Assembly: GCA_036960375.1 (NCBI GenBank)
Contig: JBALVY010000011.1
Span: forward strand, 69,290 to 133,289
Length of the DNA: 64,000 nucleotides
Direction: 5' to 3'
DNA from: Pseudomonadales bacterium
GTDB lineage: Bacteria; Pseudomonadota; Gammaproteobacteria; Pseudomonadales; CAWVSB01
In this document: positions 37,992-48,144 of the stretch, in pieces
Layout: every line of letters starts with the position of its first letter
How positions within the stretch are numbered: the first letter of the stretch is position 1
Position numbers and translations under genes: made by a program
Notes under the pieces: generated by a model
Told to the model about the DNA's origin: nothing
What the model saw: only the letters and a program-made list of their open reading frames with translations
Databases searched by the model: none

Positions 37992-39656
37992 ATGTACCAA
38001 TACGACGAAACAGACCAAAAATTCCTGACCGAACGGGTATCCCAATTTAGGGGTCAAACCGAACGTTTTCTTAAAGGCGAATTGACTGAGGCGGAGTTTC
38101 TACCGCTGCGCCTTCAAAACGGCCTCTATGTGCAACGACTAGCGCCAATGTTGCGTATTTGTATTCCCTACGGCATGTTAAATTCAGCCCAGGTCCGCTG
38201 TTTAGCGCATATTACCCGTGAATATGACAAGGGTTATGCCCACTTCAGCACCCGTCAGAACTTGCAACTGAACTGGCCGCTACTAGAAGAAGTGCCCGAT
38301 ATCCTTGCCGAGCTGGCTGAAGTTCAAATGCATGCCATCCAGACCAGCGGCAACTGTATTCGCAATACCACCACCGATCAATATGCCGGTGTCGCACCAG
38401 ACGAAATCGAAGATCCCCGGCCGTGGTGTGAAATCATTCGCCAGTGGGGCACCTTCCACCCGGAATTTGCTTTTTTACCGCGTAAATTCAAAATAGCTGT
38501 CTGCGCCTCTGAAAAAGACCGAGCCGCATTCCAGCTTCACGACATTGGCCTGGAAATAGTGCACAACGCAGCCGGTGAAATGGGTTTTAAAGTCTATGCC
38601 GGCGGCGGCCTGGGCCGCACTCCTGTAATCGCGCCTGTGATCCGCAAATTCTTGCAGCCCGAGCATCTGCTAAGCTATCTTGACGCCATACTACGGGTAT
38701 ATAACCAGCTTGGTCGACGGGACAACAAATATAAAGCTCGAATTAAAATACTGGTTCGCGCTATGGGTCCTGAGGCTTTTGCAGAAAAAGTCGATCAAGC
38801 CTGGTCACATATTAAAGATGGCCCTGCCACACTGACAGACGAGGCTATAAATCAGGCTAAGAGCTACTTCACGGCCCCCGCGTATGATCAAATAGTTGAT
38901 TCAACGGCTGAATCCGAGCTTCAAAATCAAGCGGCAGAAGATAAAGCTTTCGCAAACTGGCTAAAACGCAATGTCAGTGAACACAAGATAGCCGGCTACT
39001 CCATCGTTAACCTGTCACTGAAACCCACCGGTATAGCTCCGGGAGATGTCACCGATAAACAACTGGAAGCTATAGCAGACCTGTCTGATGCTTTCTCCTT
39101 TGGCGAGGTCCGCTCAACTCACGAGCAGAATGTGGTGCTGGCCGATGTACGTAAAAGTGACCTATATGTCTTATGGCAGCAGGCACGCAGCCAGGGTTTC
39201 ACCACAGCAAATATTGGTTATTTGACCGACATGATCTGTTGTCCAGGTGGCGATTTTTGTGCGCTTGCCAATGCCAAATCAATTCCCGTCGCAGATGCCA
39301 TTCAACGCCGTTTCGATGATCTGGATTATATGTATGACCTGGGAAAAATTGACCTGAATATTTCCGGTTGCATGAACGCCTGTGGTCACCACCATGTGGG
39401 GCATATTGGTATTCTGGGCGTGGATAAAAAAGGCAAGGAGTTCTATCAAATCTGTCTCGGTGGTAACGCCGGTCGGGATGCATCAATCGGTAAAATTCTC
39501 GGCCCCTCTTGTTTTGCCGATGAAGTACCAGAAGTCATCGCTCAAATACTCGATGTTTATGTCGAAAATCGCACTGCTGAAGAATCCTTTCTGGATACCT
39601 ATCGACGAGTCGGTATGGCCCCCTTCAAGGAGAAGGTTTATGCCAAAAATAATTAA
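37992..39656 (+). CDS. cysI: Sulfite reductase hemoprotein (nitrite/sulfite reductase family)
   Basis: RLQNGLY, TSGNCIRN, LPRKFKIA, CCPGGDFCALA and SGCMNACG siroheme/Fe-S ligands; start MYQYD. Confidence 0.92.
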   Translation: MYQYDETDQKFLTERVSQFRGQTERFLKGELTEAEFLPLRLQNGLYVQRLAPMLRICIPYGMLNSAQVRCLAHITREYDKGYAHFSTRQNLQLNWPLLEEVPDILAELAEVQMHAIQTSGNCIRNTTTDQYAGVAPDEIEDPRPWCEIIRQWGTFHPEFAFLPRKFKIAVCASEKDRAAFQLHDIGLEIVHNAAGEMGFKVYAGGGLGRTPVIAPVIRKFLQPEHLLSYLDAILRVYNQLGRRDNKYKARIKILVRAMGPEAFAEKVDQAWSHIKDGPATLTDEAINQAKSYFTAPAYDQIVDSTAESELQNQAAEDKAFANWLKRNVSEHKIAGYSIVNLSLKPTGIAPGDVTDKQLEAIADLSDAFSFGEVRSTHEQNVVLADVRKSDLYVLWQQARSQGFTTANIGYLTDMICCPGGDFCALANAKSIPVADAIQRRFDDLDYMYDLGKIDLNISGCMNACGHHHVGHIGILGVDKKGKEFYQICLGGNAGRDASIGKILGPSCFADEVPEVIAQILDVYVENRTAEESFLDTYRRVGMAPFKEKVYAKNN

Positions 39657-40128
39657 GAATGATAAAATTATTAGTGACGACTGGCAGCTACTAGCCAAAG
39701 ACGCCACGCTGGAAGAAATGGGTAACAATCCAGTGATTATACCGTTAAATCTTTGGCAGTCAGCCAAAGAGCAATTAACAGGCCGTGAGCAATTAGGGAT
39801 CTGGCTGGATAGTGACGAATCTCCTGAGAGCATAGCAACCGATCTCGATAACTTTCAGCTAATAGCTATTAATTTTCCGGTTTTTGCTGACGGTCGCGGC
39901 TATAGCTACGCTCGAGTACTGCGTGAAGAGTACAACTATAGTGGTGAATTACGCGCTATTGGTGATGTCTTACGAGACCAACTGTTCTTTCTGATGCGCT
40001 GCGGTTTTGATGCCTTTGCTATCCGTGAGGATCGCGACGCCACCGACGCCCTTGCCTCTTTAACAGATTTCTCCGACAGTTATCAAATTGCGGTCGATCA
40101 ACCCGTGCCACTCTTTAGACGCCGCTAG
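39640..40128 (+). CDS. DUF934 family protein (cysI partner)
   Basis: FPVFADGRGYSYARVLR, ELRAIGDVLRDQL..L.RCGFDAF. Confidence 0.9.
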   Translation: MPKIIKNDKIISDDWQLLAKDATLEEMGNNPVIIPLNLWQSAKEQLTGREQLGIWLDSDESPESIATDLDNFQLIAINFPVFADGRGYSYARVLREEYNYSGELRAIGDVLRDQLFFLMRCGFDAFAIREDRDATDALASLTDFSDSYQIAVDQPVPLFRRR

Positions 40129-40158
40129 AGCTTTCGCGCATTGCAATTACTGCCTTCA

Positions 40159-40196
40159 TTCACTACTGTAGTAAGCTAATACGCTACAGTAGTGAA
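40159..40196. promoter_or_regulatory. Perfect 13-bp inverted repeat just upstream of the antiporter start codon
   Basis: TTCACTACTGTAG-N12-CTACAGTAGTGAA, ending 2 nt before the ATG at 40199; no U-tract. Function is inferred. Confidence 0.55.
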
Positions 40197-40198
40197 AC

Positions 40199-41368
40199 AT
40201 GGAAGGCATCTCTTTTACACACGCATTTTTTATCATTTTTACAGGCGCCGCCGTACTGGCTTCTGTGGCTCTCTATACCCGTCAGCCTCTACTTATAGCT
40301 TATATCTGTCTCGGTGCGATCGTTGGCCCCTACGGTCTAAAATGGATCGATGATCTGCAGCTACTGTCCGATATATCCAAGGTCGGTATTCTTTTCTTGC
40401 TATTCCTACTCGGTCTGGATATGCAGCCGCAAGCGCTGCTTACCGTGCTTCGCAAAGCGACGCTAGTCGCCATTCTCAGCTGCGGCACTTTCGCCTTGGG
40501 TGGCTATGCTGTGGCAATCAGTTTTAATTATCCACACGGCGAAGCGCTCATTATTGGTGCAGCAATGATGTTTTCCAGCACCATTATCGGCATCAAACTA
40601 TTACCTACCACCATTTTGCATCATAAACATATGGGCGAATTGATGATCGGTATCCTGCTGTTACAGGATATGATCGCCATTTTCTTGCTAATGGCCTTGC
40701 TCACTGGCAACGATGGCAACCTCGATCCAGTATCATTTGGTAAAGCCGTAGTCGCGCTGCCCTTTTTAGTCGGCATGGCCTTTGCCTTTGTTAAGTGGGT
40801 ATTGCTGCCGCTTATCAGTCGCTTTGATCGATTCCACGAATATATCTTTTTGCTCGCTCTAGGCTGGTGTCTGGGCATGGCTGAGTTAGCACACTGGCTG
40901 GGTTTATCCGCTGAAATCGGTGCTTTCTTAGCCGGCATATCCATAGCTGCCAGCCCCATATCGCAATACATCGCGACCAGCTTACGGCCGCTGCGTGACT
41001 TCTTTCTGATTATGTTTTTCTTCTCACTGGGAGCCAGCTTTGATCTGAGTCTGTTGGCATCTATCGCTGTACCGGCGCTAATTTTGGCCGCTTTAATGCT
41101 GGGGCTGAAACCCATAATCTTCAGGCTTCTATTAAGGCGAATGAGTGAAACCAAATCACTGGCATGGGATGTCGGTTTTCGACTTGGACAGATCAGTGAG
41201 TTTTCATTACTGGTCGCTTATTTAGCGGTAGATCGCGGCTTGATAGGTAAAGACGCATCACATCTGATTCAAGCTACGGCAATCCTCACCTTCCTTATTT
41301 CAAGCTATATCGTCATATTGAATTACCCTACGCCAATAGCCATTTCAGACAAATTGCGCAGAGATTAA
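40199..41368 (+). CDS. CPA2 cation:proton antiporter (membrane domain only)
   Basis: GILFLLFLLGL, SSTIIGIKLL, ILLLQD, GAFLAG, LRDFF, QISEFS. Confidence 0.88.
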   Translation: MEGISFTHAFFIIFTGAAVLASVALYTRQPLLIAYICLGAIVGPYGLKWIDDLQLLSDISKVGILFLLFLLGLDMQPQALLTVLRKATLVAILSCGTFALGGYAVAISFNYPHGEALIIGAAMMFSSTIIGIKLLPTTILHHKHMGELMIGILLLQDMIAIFLLMALLTGNDGNLDPVSFGKAVVALPFLVGMAFAFVKWVLLPLISRFDRFHEYIFLLALGWCLGMAELAHWLGLSAEIGAFLAGISIAASPISQYIATSLRPLRDFFLIMFFFSLGASFDLSLLASIAVPALILAALMLGLKPIIFRLLLRRMSETKSLAWDVGFRLGQISEFSLLVAYLAVDRGLIGKDASHLIQATAILTFLISSYIVILNYPTPIAISDKLRRD

Positions 41369-41493
41369 GCCTTAACCGGTGTTGCGGCTTGAATTTTCAC
41401 CGCGATAGATAACACAACAGCAACGCCCATTACGCCAATCACCACATTAAATGGCAGACTGTAGCTGCCACTGTAATCCAATAGCGATGACAT
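41365..41493 (-). pseudogene. Probable C-terminal relic of an MFS transporter (last helix)
   Basis: Reads SLLDYSGSYSLPFNVVIGVMGVAVVLSIAVK...*, similar to the MFS loop-plus-TM12 pattern D.TGSY..AF; in-frame stop immediately upstream. Confidence 0.5.
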
Positions 41494-41523
41494 TTATCAA
41501 TGTCGGAGATCGCTGTTTTCTGG

Positions 41524-42936
41524 TCAGGCAATAACTTCCCTCACTTGAATAGAATCCGCGCCCTCACTACCAGCCAGTGCATCCGAAATAACAACAACTC
41601 TGTCGCCGGCAGAAAAGTCTTCACGCTCCAGCAAAATCCGAAATGCCGTCAACAGTGTTTTTTCCGGTTCACTGCTAAAGTCTATTCGGTGCGCATAGAC
41701 GCCTCGAGAAAGCGCTTGTTGGCGTCGGGTTCTACTGTCATTGGTGAACGCATAAATAGCTGACACCTTAGGGTGGCAATTGGCCACCCAGTTAGCCATA
41801 CGTCCACGCCGGGTGATAACCACAATGCCTTTGGCCTTGAGTGAATCGGCCAAGTGAACCGCACTGGAAGCAACGTTCTGCTTATGGTGATCCAGCGACA
41901 ACTTATCAATAAAGCGAAGGCCTCGACTGGCCTCAACCGTGCGGGCGATTTTATCCAGACTTTCAACACATTTTATTGGATGTTTGCCTATCGTTGTTTC
42001 GCCTGACAACATCACGGCATCCACTTCTTCATAAACCGCGTTAGCCACATCGGTTACCTCCGCCCGAGTGGGCATAGGGTTGGTAATCATCGACTCCAGC
42101 AAATGTGTTGCCACAATCACACGTTTACCCGCCTCTGCGCACTTACGTACGATTGTTCGCTGTATTTCAGGCAGCTCATAAAAAGGCACTTCTACACCCA
42201 GGTCACCCCTGGCCACCATGATACCGTCGGCTTCAGCGATGATTTCATCCAGATTTGTCAGGCCCTGTTGATCTTCGATCTTGGCAATAATTTTGATTTT
42301 TTTTGCTTTGGGTCCCAGGAATGCGCGCAATTCACGCACATCCTCCGCTTCTCGCACAAAAGACAAAGCAATAAAATCAACTTCCTGCTCCATGCCAAAT
42401 CGAATGTCAGCTTTGTCTTTTTCGGTAATGGCCGGTAAATTGACTCTGACACCCGGAAGATTGACGTGTTTTTTGCTCTTTAGTAGACCGCCATCAATAA
42501 CGCGGCAGTTCATTCGCTGTGCTTCCTTGGCCAGAACCTCCAGGTTAATCAGGCCGTTATCAACAGTGATAATGTCGCCAACGCTCACGGCGTCTATCAG
42601 ATCGGCATAATCTATATGTATCGAGCTTTCCTCTACGCTGTCAGCGCCCCGTACAACGACCTCTACTTCCTTGCCTTCCTGCAGGTTAAGATCTGATGTC
42701 ATTTGTCCTGTACGTATTTCAGGGCCCTGGGTATCCAGTAGTACGGGTATCGTGTAATTCACTTTTTTATTCAGCGTGCGAATAGCCTTTATGATATCGG
42801 CGCAGACATCGTGTTCACCGTGAGACATATTCAGGCGCACCACATTCATACCGGCTGCATAAAGCTTCTCCAGCATGTCATAGGAACTGGTTGCCGGTCC
42901 GATGGTACAGACGATTTTAGTCTTACGTTTTATCAC
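41524..42936 (-). CDS. pyk: Pyruvate kinase
   Basis: TKIVCTIGPA, RLNMSHG, DTQGPEIR, IAKIE, MVARGDLGVE, MLSGET. Confidence 0.96.
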   Translation of the reverse strand: MIKRKTKIVCTIGPATSSYDMLEKLYAAGMNVVRLNMSHGEHDVCADIIKAIRTLNKKVNYTIPVLLDTQGPEIRTGQMTSDLNLQEGKEVEVVVRGADSVEESSIHIDYADLIDAVSVGDIITVDNGLINLEVLAKEAQRMNCRVIDGGLLKSKKHVNLPGVRVNLPAITEKDKADIRFGMEQEVDFIALSFVREAEDVRELRAFLGPKAKKIKIIAKIEDQQGLTNLDEIIAEADGIMVARGDLGVEVPFYELPEIQRTIVRKCAEAGKRVIVATHLLESMITNPMPTRAEVTDVANAVYEEVDAVMLSGETTIGKHPIKCVESLDKIARTVEASRGLRFIDKLSLDHHKQNVASSAVHLADSLKAKGIVVITRRGRMANWVANCHPKVSAIYAFTNDSRTRRQQALSRGVYAHRIDFSSEPEKTLLTAFRILLEREDFSAGDRVVVISDALAGSEGADSIQVREVIA

Positions 42937-43003
42937 TCACTACTCCCGTTTTCACACTAAATGAATAATTGTTAATTCTACCCCGCCATTTTCGAATAGC
43001 CAT

Positions 43004-43031
43004 AAAAAATGCCGGCAGTTGCCGGCATTTT
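43004..43031 (-). terminator. Intrinsic terminator of the pnt operon
   Basis: AAAAAATGCCGGC-agtt-GCCGGCATTTT. Confidence 0.88.
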
Positions 43032-43049
43032 CAATATCAATCGAGCTTA

Positions 43050-44420
43050 TTAACTAAACTCTCGAATCATTTGTCCAATAGACTCCTTTGCATCGCCAAA
43101 GATCATTCGTGTATTGTCTTTGAAGAATAGAGGATTATCGATACCGGCAAAACCCGAAGCCATGGAACGCTTCAGTACAAACACCGTGCGAGCATGATCA
43201 ACATTAATGACCGGCATGCCGTAAATTGGGCTGCCTTCCATCTCTCTTGCTGCGGGGTTAACCACGTCGTTGGCGCCGATAACAATGGCAACATCAACAT
43301 TGGCCATGCGAGGATTGATATCATCCATTTCCATTAGCAGATCATAGGAAACGTCGGCCTCAGCCAGCAATACGTTCATATGACCAGGCATACGCCCGGC
43401 AACAGGGTGAATACCGAATACCACCTCGGCACCATTCTCTTCCAGCAACTCCTGTAGCTCTTTTACCACATGCTGTGCCTGGGCAACTGCCATACCGTAG
43501 CCGGGAATAATGGCTATGCTACTGGCTGCTTCAAGAATGTAATAGGCATCTTGTGGCGTCAGAGGTTTGACCTCGCCCTCGATCTTGGTATTGGTGGTCT
43601 TTACCGCACCGAAGCCCGAGAACAGCACATTGGATAATGAGCGGTTCATAGCCTTACACATGATCTGGGTAAGAATGATACCGCTGGCCCCAACCAATGA
43701 ACCGGCCACTATCAGCAAATTGTTCTCTACCGCAAAACCTGCCGCACAGGCCGCAAGACCTGAGTAGCTATTAAGCAAAGAGATAACCACGGGCATATCG
43801 GCGCCGCCAATGGGAATAACCGCCAAAACACCAAACACAACAGATATTGCTATAGCACTGTACAGCCATAACACATTGCTAGGGTCGTTAACAAACATCA
43901 CTCCGCAGCCAATAATAGACAGTATTAACACGCTATTAACAATTTGTTGACCGGAAAATAACAGCGGGCGTCCTGGCATCTTTTCGCTAAGCTTGGCATA
44001 AGCGATTAAAGAGCCGGTAAAGGTCATACCACCGATAAGAATGGACAGGAAAATAGTAGTGATTGTAAAGCTCGACTGGCCAGGCGCGATCGCCGACCAA
44101 CCCACCAGTAAACTGGCGGCACCACCAAAGCCATTAAACAGGGCTACCATTTCTGGAATCACTGTCATTGCAACCACACGGGCAACTGTCGCGCCTATAA
44201 CACCACCGATGATGATACCAACAGCGATCCATTTGAAATCGACAATACTCTGGTCGAGTAAAGTCACAACGACAGCAAGCAACATACCCAGAGCGGATAA
44301 CATATTACCTTTACGCGCAGTCGCAGGAGAGCTGAGTTTTTTCAAGCCTAATATAAATAAGGCCGCGGAAACAACATAGGCAAAATTGATTATCAGAGCA
44401 TTTATCGTAACTTCTTCCAT
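43050..44420 (-). CDS. pntB: NAD(P) transhydrogenase beta subunit
   Basis: PEMVALFNGFGG, PGYGMAVAQAQH, HPVAGRMPGHMNVLLAEA, GANDVVNPAA. Confidence 0.96.
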   Translation of the reverse strand: MEEVTINALIINFAYVVSAALFILGLKKLSSPATARKGNMLSALGMLLAVVVTLLDQSIVDFKWIAVGIIIGGVIGATVARVVAMTVIPEMVALFNGFGGAASLLVGWSAIAPGQSSFTITTIFLSILIGGMTFTGSLIAYAKLSEKMPGRPLLFSGQQIVNSVLILSIIGCGVMFVNDPSNVLWLYSAIAISVVFGVLAVIPIGGADMPVVISLLNSYSGLAACAAGFAVENNLLIVAGSLVGASGIILTQIMCKAMNRSLSNVLFSGFGAVKTTNTKIEGEVKPLTPQDAYYILEAASSIAIIPGYGMAVAQAQHVVKELQELLEENGAEVVFGIHPVAGRMPGHMNVLLAEADVSYDLLMEMDDINPRMANVDVAIVIGANDVVNPAAREMEGSPIYGMPVINVDHARTVFVLKRSMASGFAGIDNPLFFKDNTRMIFGDAKESIGQMIREFS

Positions 44421-44707
44421 TATTTGCCCGCCTTCTTCTTAAACATGGCCAGCATACGGTCTGTCACCATATAACCACCCACCACATTGATAGTAGCCAG
44501 CGTAACAGCACCCACCGCAAGCCAATTGGCCATAACTGGGTCACTGGTAGAACCGGCAATAGCCAGCGCTCCAACCAGAGTAATACCCGAAATAGCATTT
44601 GATGCAGACATCAACGGTGTATGCAGGGTCGCGGGGACCTTATTGATCAATTCAAAGCCCAGAAAAATAGACAGGACCAGAATAAACGTGAGAAATACGA
44701 TTTCCAT
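44420..44707 (-). CDS. pntA: NAD(P) transhydrogenase alpha subunit part 2 (membrane)
   Basis: LHTPLMSASNAISG, NVVGGYMVTDRML. Confidence 0.93.
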   Translation of the reverse strand: MEIVFLTFILVLSIFLGFELINKVPATLHTPLMSASNAISGITLVGALAIAGSTSDPVMANWLAVGAVTLATINVVGGYMVTDRMLAMFKKKAGK

Positions 44708-44718
44708 ACTTGCTCTCC

Positions 44719-45852
44719 TTAGGCGTAATGCTTCGCGATCATTTGGTTAACGACCGAACCTTCATGGGTGATCACACATCCGGATATTTCATTTTCGAAA
44801 TCCAGTGTGAAAGTTTTGGCTTCTTCATCCCAAAACTCATCCACAAGGTTAAAAAGATTACTGGAATACATCTGACTGGCATCGCGAGGCACTTCATTGG
44901 GCCAATTACCGCTACCAATAATTTTAACGCCATTGGCAGTGACGACATTCTCACCTGCAACAGAGCCTTCTACATTACCGCCATTTTCAGCCGCCATATC
45001 GACAACCACGCTGCCCGGCTTCATTGCTGCAACCATGTCGGCAGTCACTATAACCGGAGGCTTGCGGCCAAATAACTGAGCCGTCGTTATGACGATGTCA
45101 GAATCGGCAATTTCGGCTTTTTGGCCATCCAATTGAATTTGTAGCTGCTCTGGCGTTAGCGCCAGCGCGTATCCGTCTGCTGTTTGTCCGGTTTCACCCA
45201 GATCAATATCGAGGAATTTGGCACCCAACGACTGAACTTGCTCGGCTACAACGGCCCTGGTATCAAATGCAGTTACCTTGGCGCCAAGTCGTTTGGCTGT
45301 CGCGATAGCCTGCAAGCCTGCAACACCGGCACCAATGATAAATACCTTGGCAGGTTTTAAAGTACCTGCAGGTGTCATCATCATTGGCAATATACGATCG
45401 AGCGCGTCGGTCCCTTTAACTACCATGACATAACCGGCAAGGTTGGCCTGAGAGCTCAATGCATCCATTTTCTGTGATCGCGTAATTCTGGGAACCATCT
45501 CCATGGAAATAGAGCTGATATTTTTCGCCTGGAATTTTTCAACCAGTTCACGTTCATTAAACGGGTCGAGAAAGCTGATATGCACGCTACCGGACTTCAG
45601 CAGGTCTACCTCCTCTATAGCAGGTTTGCGCAGCCGCAGCACAAGATCGGCCTCGGTAAGTAAGGCAGCGCGGTCAGACACAATGGTTGCGCCAACTTCA
45701 CTATATTGCTCATCGGAAAATCCAGCACCATTGCCCATTCCTGTTTCAATATGAATGGTGGCACCAGCGCGAATCAGCTTCTTGACGGAATCTGGGATCA
45801 TCGGTACCCGGTTTTCTCCCGGATACTGCTCCCTGGGAACTGCAATTAACAT
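44719..45852 (-). CDS. pntA: NAD(P) transhydrogenase alpha subunit part 1 (NAD-binding dI)
   Basis: GENRVP, RSQKMDALSSQANLAGY, GAGVAGLQA, VDMAAENGGN. Confidence 0.95.
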   Translation of the reverse strand: MLIAVPREQYPGENRVPMIPDSVKKLIRAGATIHIETGMGNGAGFSDEQYSEVGATIVSDRAALLTEADLVLRLRKPAIEEVDLLKSGSVHISFLDPFNERELVEKFQAKNISSISMEMVPRITRSQKMDALSSQANLAGYVMVVKGTDALDRILPMMMTPAGTLKPAKVFIIGAGVAGLQAIATAKRLGAKVTAFDTRAVVAEQVQSLGAKFLDIDLGETGQTADGYALALTPEQLQIQLDGQKAEIADSDIVITTAQLFGRKPPVIVTADMVAAMKPGSVVVDMAAENGGNVEGSVAGENVVTANGVKIIGSGNWPNEVPRDASQMYSSNLFNLVDEFWDEEAKTFTLDFENEISGCVITHEGSVVNQMIAKHYA

Positions 45853-46139
45853 AGACGGCCCTCTTACTTAATGAATGCGGTTTGATTTTTTGTCAAACTC
45901 TGTTCAGGTTGGGCATTAGAGAGCAAAGAAGTGCTCTTATCAAGCTTGTAACTATTTATTTCGGTGATACCGGTAAAGCACTATTCGCATAACAAATGAT
46001 TATATGAACTGTCAAAAACACCCGATAAGCTGTTGTTTATCAAGAACTTACATAAAAACGACATCTGATATATGCAGCGAAATTGGTCGTTTTAATGAAA
46101 ATTAAAAAATGTCCCCAGATACCACCTCAATTAGCTACT

Positions 46140-46763
46140 TTAGCCCAATAATACCGCCATTCGCTTGTGATGCGAGGCTAACCGGGTGCAGTGCTCGGGA
46201 ATAGAAGTCTTCGTCCAGCCGGCAAAATTTACCAGCACGAATAAATCGATATCAGCCAAGCTTGGCCCGGAACCTACTAAAAACTCCCTGGCTTCGAGCG
46301 CCGCGTCGGCAATGTCGAAGAAAGCATCAAGCCGCTTTACGCCTCGATCAATCAATTCAGGTATCTGCTCGACAGCCAATGCCCCGGGCATGGCCCGACC
46401 GGCAAATGCCTTGTTTCCATTACGCAAAATTTCCGCAACAGGGCTCATGCCTTCCAGGTAGATGCGATGATCCCAGGAAATGACCTGCGCCCTCTCCAAG
46501 CTATCATTGCCCATCAATGCTCTGTCCGGATACAGATCTTCCAGATAAGAGCAGATTCCAATGACTTCAGACAGTATCTGGCCGTCATCTAATACCAGAC
46601 ACGGTACGGTGCAGGAGGGGTTAATCGATTTGAAGTCAGGACTAAATTGCTCCTGCGGTTCACCCAGGTTGATTTCCTGCGAGGGGATCTCTATACCCTT
46701 TAGCTTCATAAACAGATGCAAGCGCTGGGGATTAGGGGCAAATTCGAATGTGTATAATTTCAT
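46140..46763 (-). CDS. Glutathione S-transferase family protein
   Basis: APNPQR, NPSCTVPCLVLDDG..LSE, SLADI. Confidence 0.9.
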   Translation of the reverse strand: MKLYTFEFAPNPQRLHLFMKLKGIEIPSQEINLGEPQEQFSPDFKSINPSCTVPCLVLDDGQILSEVIGICSYLEDLYPDRALMGNDSLERAQVISWDHRIYLEGMSPVAEILRNGNKAFAGRAMPGALAVEQIPELIDRGVKRLDAFFDIADAALEAREFLVGSGPSLADIDLFVLVNFAGWTKTSIPEHCTRLASHHKRMAVLLG

Positions 46764-47131
46764 TGAGCAATCTCTAAATTTGGACTATATAACTGGCGAA
46801 ACTCCAGCCGTGACTGGTGCTCGCCAAAAGGTTCATATATCGGCACGGAAGAAAGCATGATTAAAGATACCAAACCAATCAAGCCCACTACCGAGCCGCG
46901 GATTTTATACGGCCAATTTGCCGACCATCTTCCGTAAACATAACAAATGAGCGTTAAGCCAATTACAGCCAGCACTAACACTACACCAAGCGTCTGATAT
47001 CCGGCAGCCTGTGGCCATTCTTTAACCAAATACAGCAAAGGAGCAAAGGCCGTGTGCCCACCAAACACCGGTAGCGGCAATAACACCCACAGAAAGCCCC
47101 ACAGCACCAAGCGGCTTAAACCGACACTCAT
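46760..47131 (-). CDS. Hypothetical membrane protein
   Basis: Three hydrophobic segments; ATGA overlap with the GST start. Confidence 0.65.
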   Translation of the reverse strand: MSVGLSRLVLWGFLWVLLPLPVFGGHTAFAPLLYLVKEWPQAAGYQTLGVVLVLAVIGLTLICYVYGRWSANWPYKIRGSVVGLIGLVSLIMLSSVPIYEPFGEHQSRLEFRQLYSPNLEIAQ

Positions 47132-47236
47132 GCTTGACTCATTTTGTGTTTTATCATCACGCTATCCTGCATGAAAACCTGAAAATTCCATGGTATCTTA
47201 ACCGACTGATTTAATATTCACTAAGGATGGTATAGC

Positions 47237-47689
47237 GTGCCAAGCATCGAAGACAACTGTTTTATCTTGCCTTGGACGGTCCCGGCTGATGCTATCGATG
47301 GTCTTGGCCACACCAATAATGCAGCTTATATCCCCTGGTGCGAAGCCGTCGCCTGGCAACATTCGGAATTGTTGGGCCTGAGCCTGGCGGATTATCAGGC
47401 AACAAATAAAGCCATGGCAATACGGCAAGCGCACTACGACTACCACCAACCCAGCTTTGAGGCGGACAAACTGGAGATAATCACATGGCTGAGTGACTGC
47501 GACGGTAAATTGCGCCTGCGGAGAAACTTTCAAATAAAACGCTGTAGTGACCAAGTATTGATAATGGAGGCCTATTGGAATTTTATCTGTATCAATATAA
47601 AAACAGGCAAACCGAGCAGAATGCCCGAGTCATATCTTAGCGCCTACGCCACTGCAGCCCTAGCCCAACCAATGCGGCAAGAAGACTAA
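47237..47689 (+). CDS. Acyl-CoA thioesterase (4HBT/YbgC hotdog fold)
   Basis: IDGLGHTNNAAY motif. Confidence 0.87.
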   Translation: MPSIEDNCFILPWTVPADAIDGLGHTNNAAYIPWCEAVAWQHSELLGLSLADYQATNKAMAIRQAHYDYHQPSFEADKLEIITWLSDCDGKLRLRRNFQIKRCSDQVLIMEAYWNFICINIKTGKPSRMPESYLSAYATAALAQPMRQED

Positions 47690-48028
47690 AGCACCAACCA
47701 CAGCAGCTCCTATCGCAGTCAGTAATACCCCGGCTGCGGCCAGGTCTTTTACTGTCTTAATAGCGGGACTGTGCTCTGGCTCCACCTTGTCACACAGCAC
47801 CTCCAAAGCGGTATTAAAGGCTTCAGCGGCCCATACCATCGCTATAACTATCACTAGCGATAGCCATTCCAAGCGATTGATGCCGGTGACAAAACCAGCA
47901 ATGGCCACCAGCACAGTGGCCAATAAATGCAACTGGGCATTAGGCTGGCTCTGCATTAACTCAAGCACCCCGGCTAAGGCATGACCGATGCTCTTGATTC
48001 GCAGCTTAGGAGAAAATGCCTGTTTCAC
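47660..48028 (-). CDS. dgkA: Diacylglycerol/undecaprenol kinase family protein
   Basis: AEAFNTALEVLCD, VKDLAAAGV; GTG start with GAGG SD. Confidence 0.88.
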   Translation of the reverse strand: MKQAFSPKLRIKSIGHALAGVLELMQSQPNAQLHLLATVLVAIAGFVTGINRLEWLSLVIVIAMVWAAEAFNTALEVLCDKVEPEHSPAIKTVKDLAAAGVLLTAIGAAVVGALVFLPHWLG

Positions 48029-48144
48029 TGAATTACCTCTTATGTGTCTCACACAGATTAACGCCGCTAAAGCTGGAAGACAAATCTGCTCTATCTACCC
48101 ACCGCCCAGAGACTTATAATCCGTCATCAGAACAGAGGAATGAC

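Noticed and set aside
41355-41400. attC-like TCAAGCCG...GGCTTAA on the minus strand
   Set aside because: Both R boxes are absent, and the sequence is explained by the MFS relic codons and the antiporter stop. It shows such partial matches arise by chance.
43050-45852. Split pntA (three-gene transhydrogenase)
   Set aside because: A known organisation (for example Rhodospirillum, Pseudomonas); not a frameshift and not novel.
45881-45897. TTGAT...GTCAA as an FNR/Anr box upstream of pntA
   Set aside because: The spacer is 5 nt rather than 4; it may be another operator but cannot be assigned.
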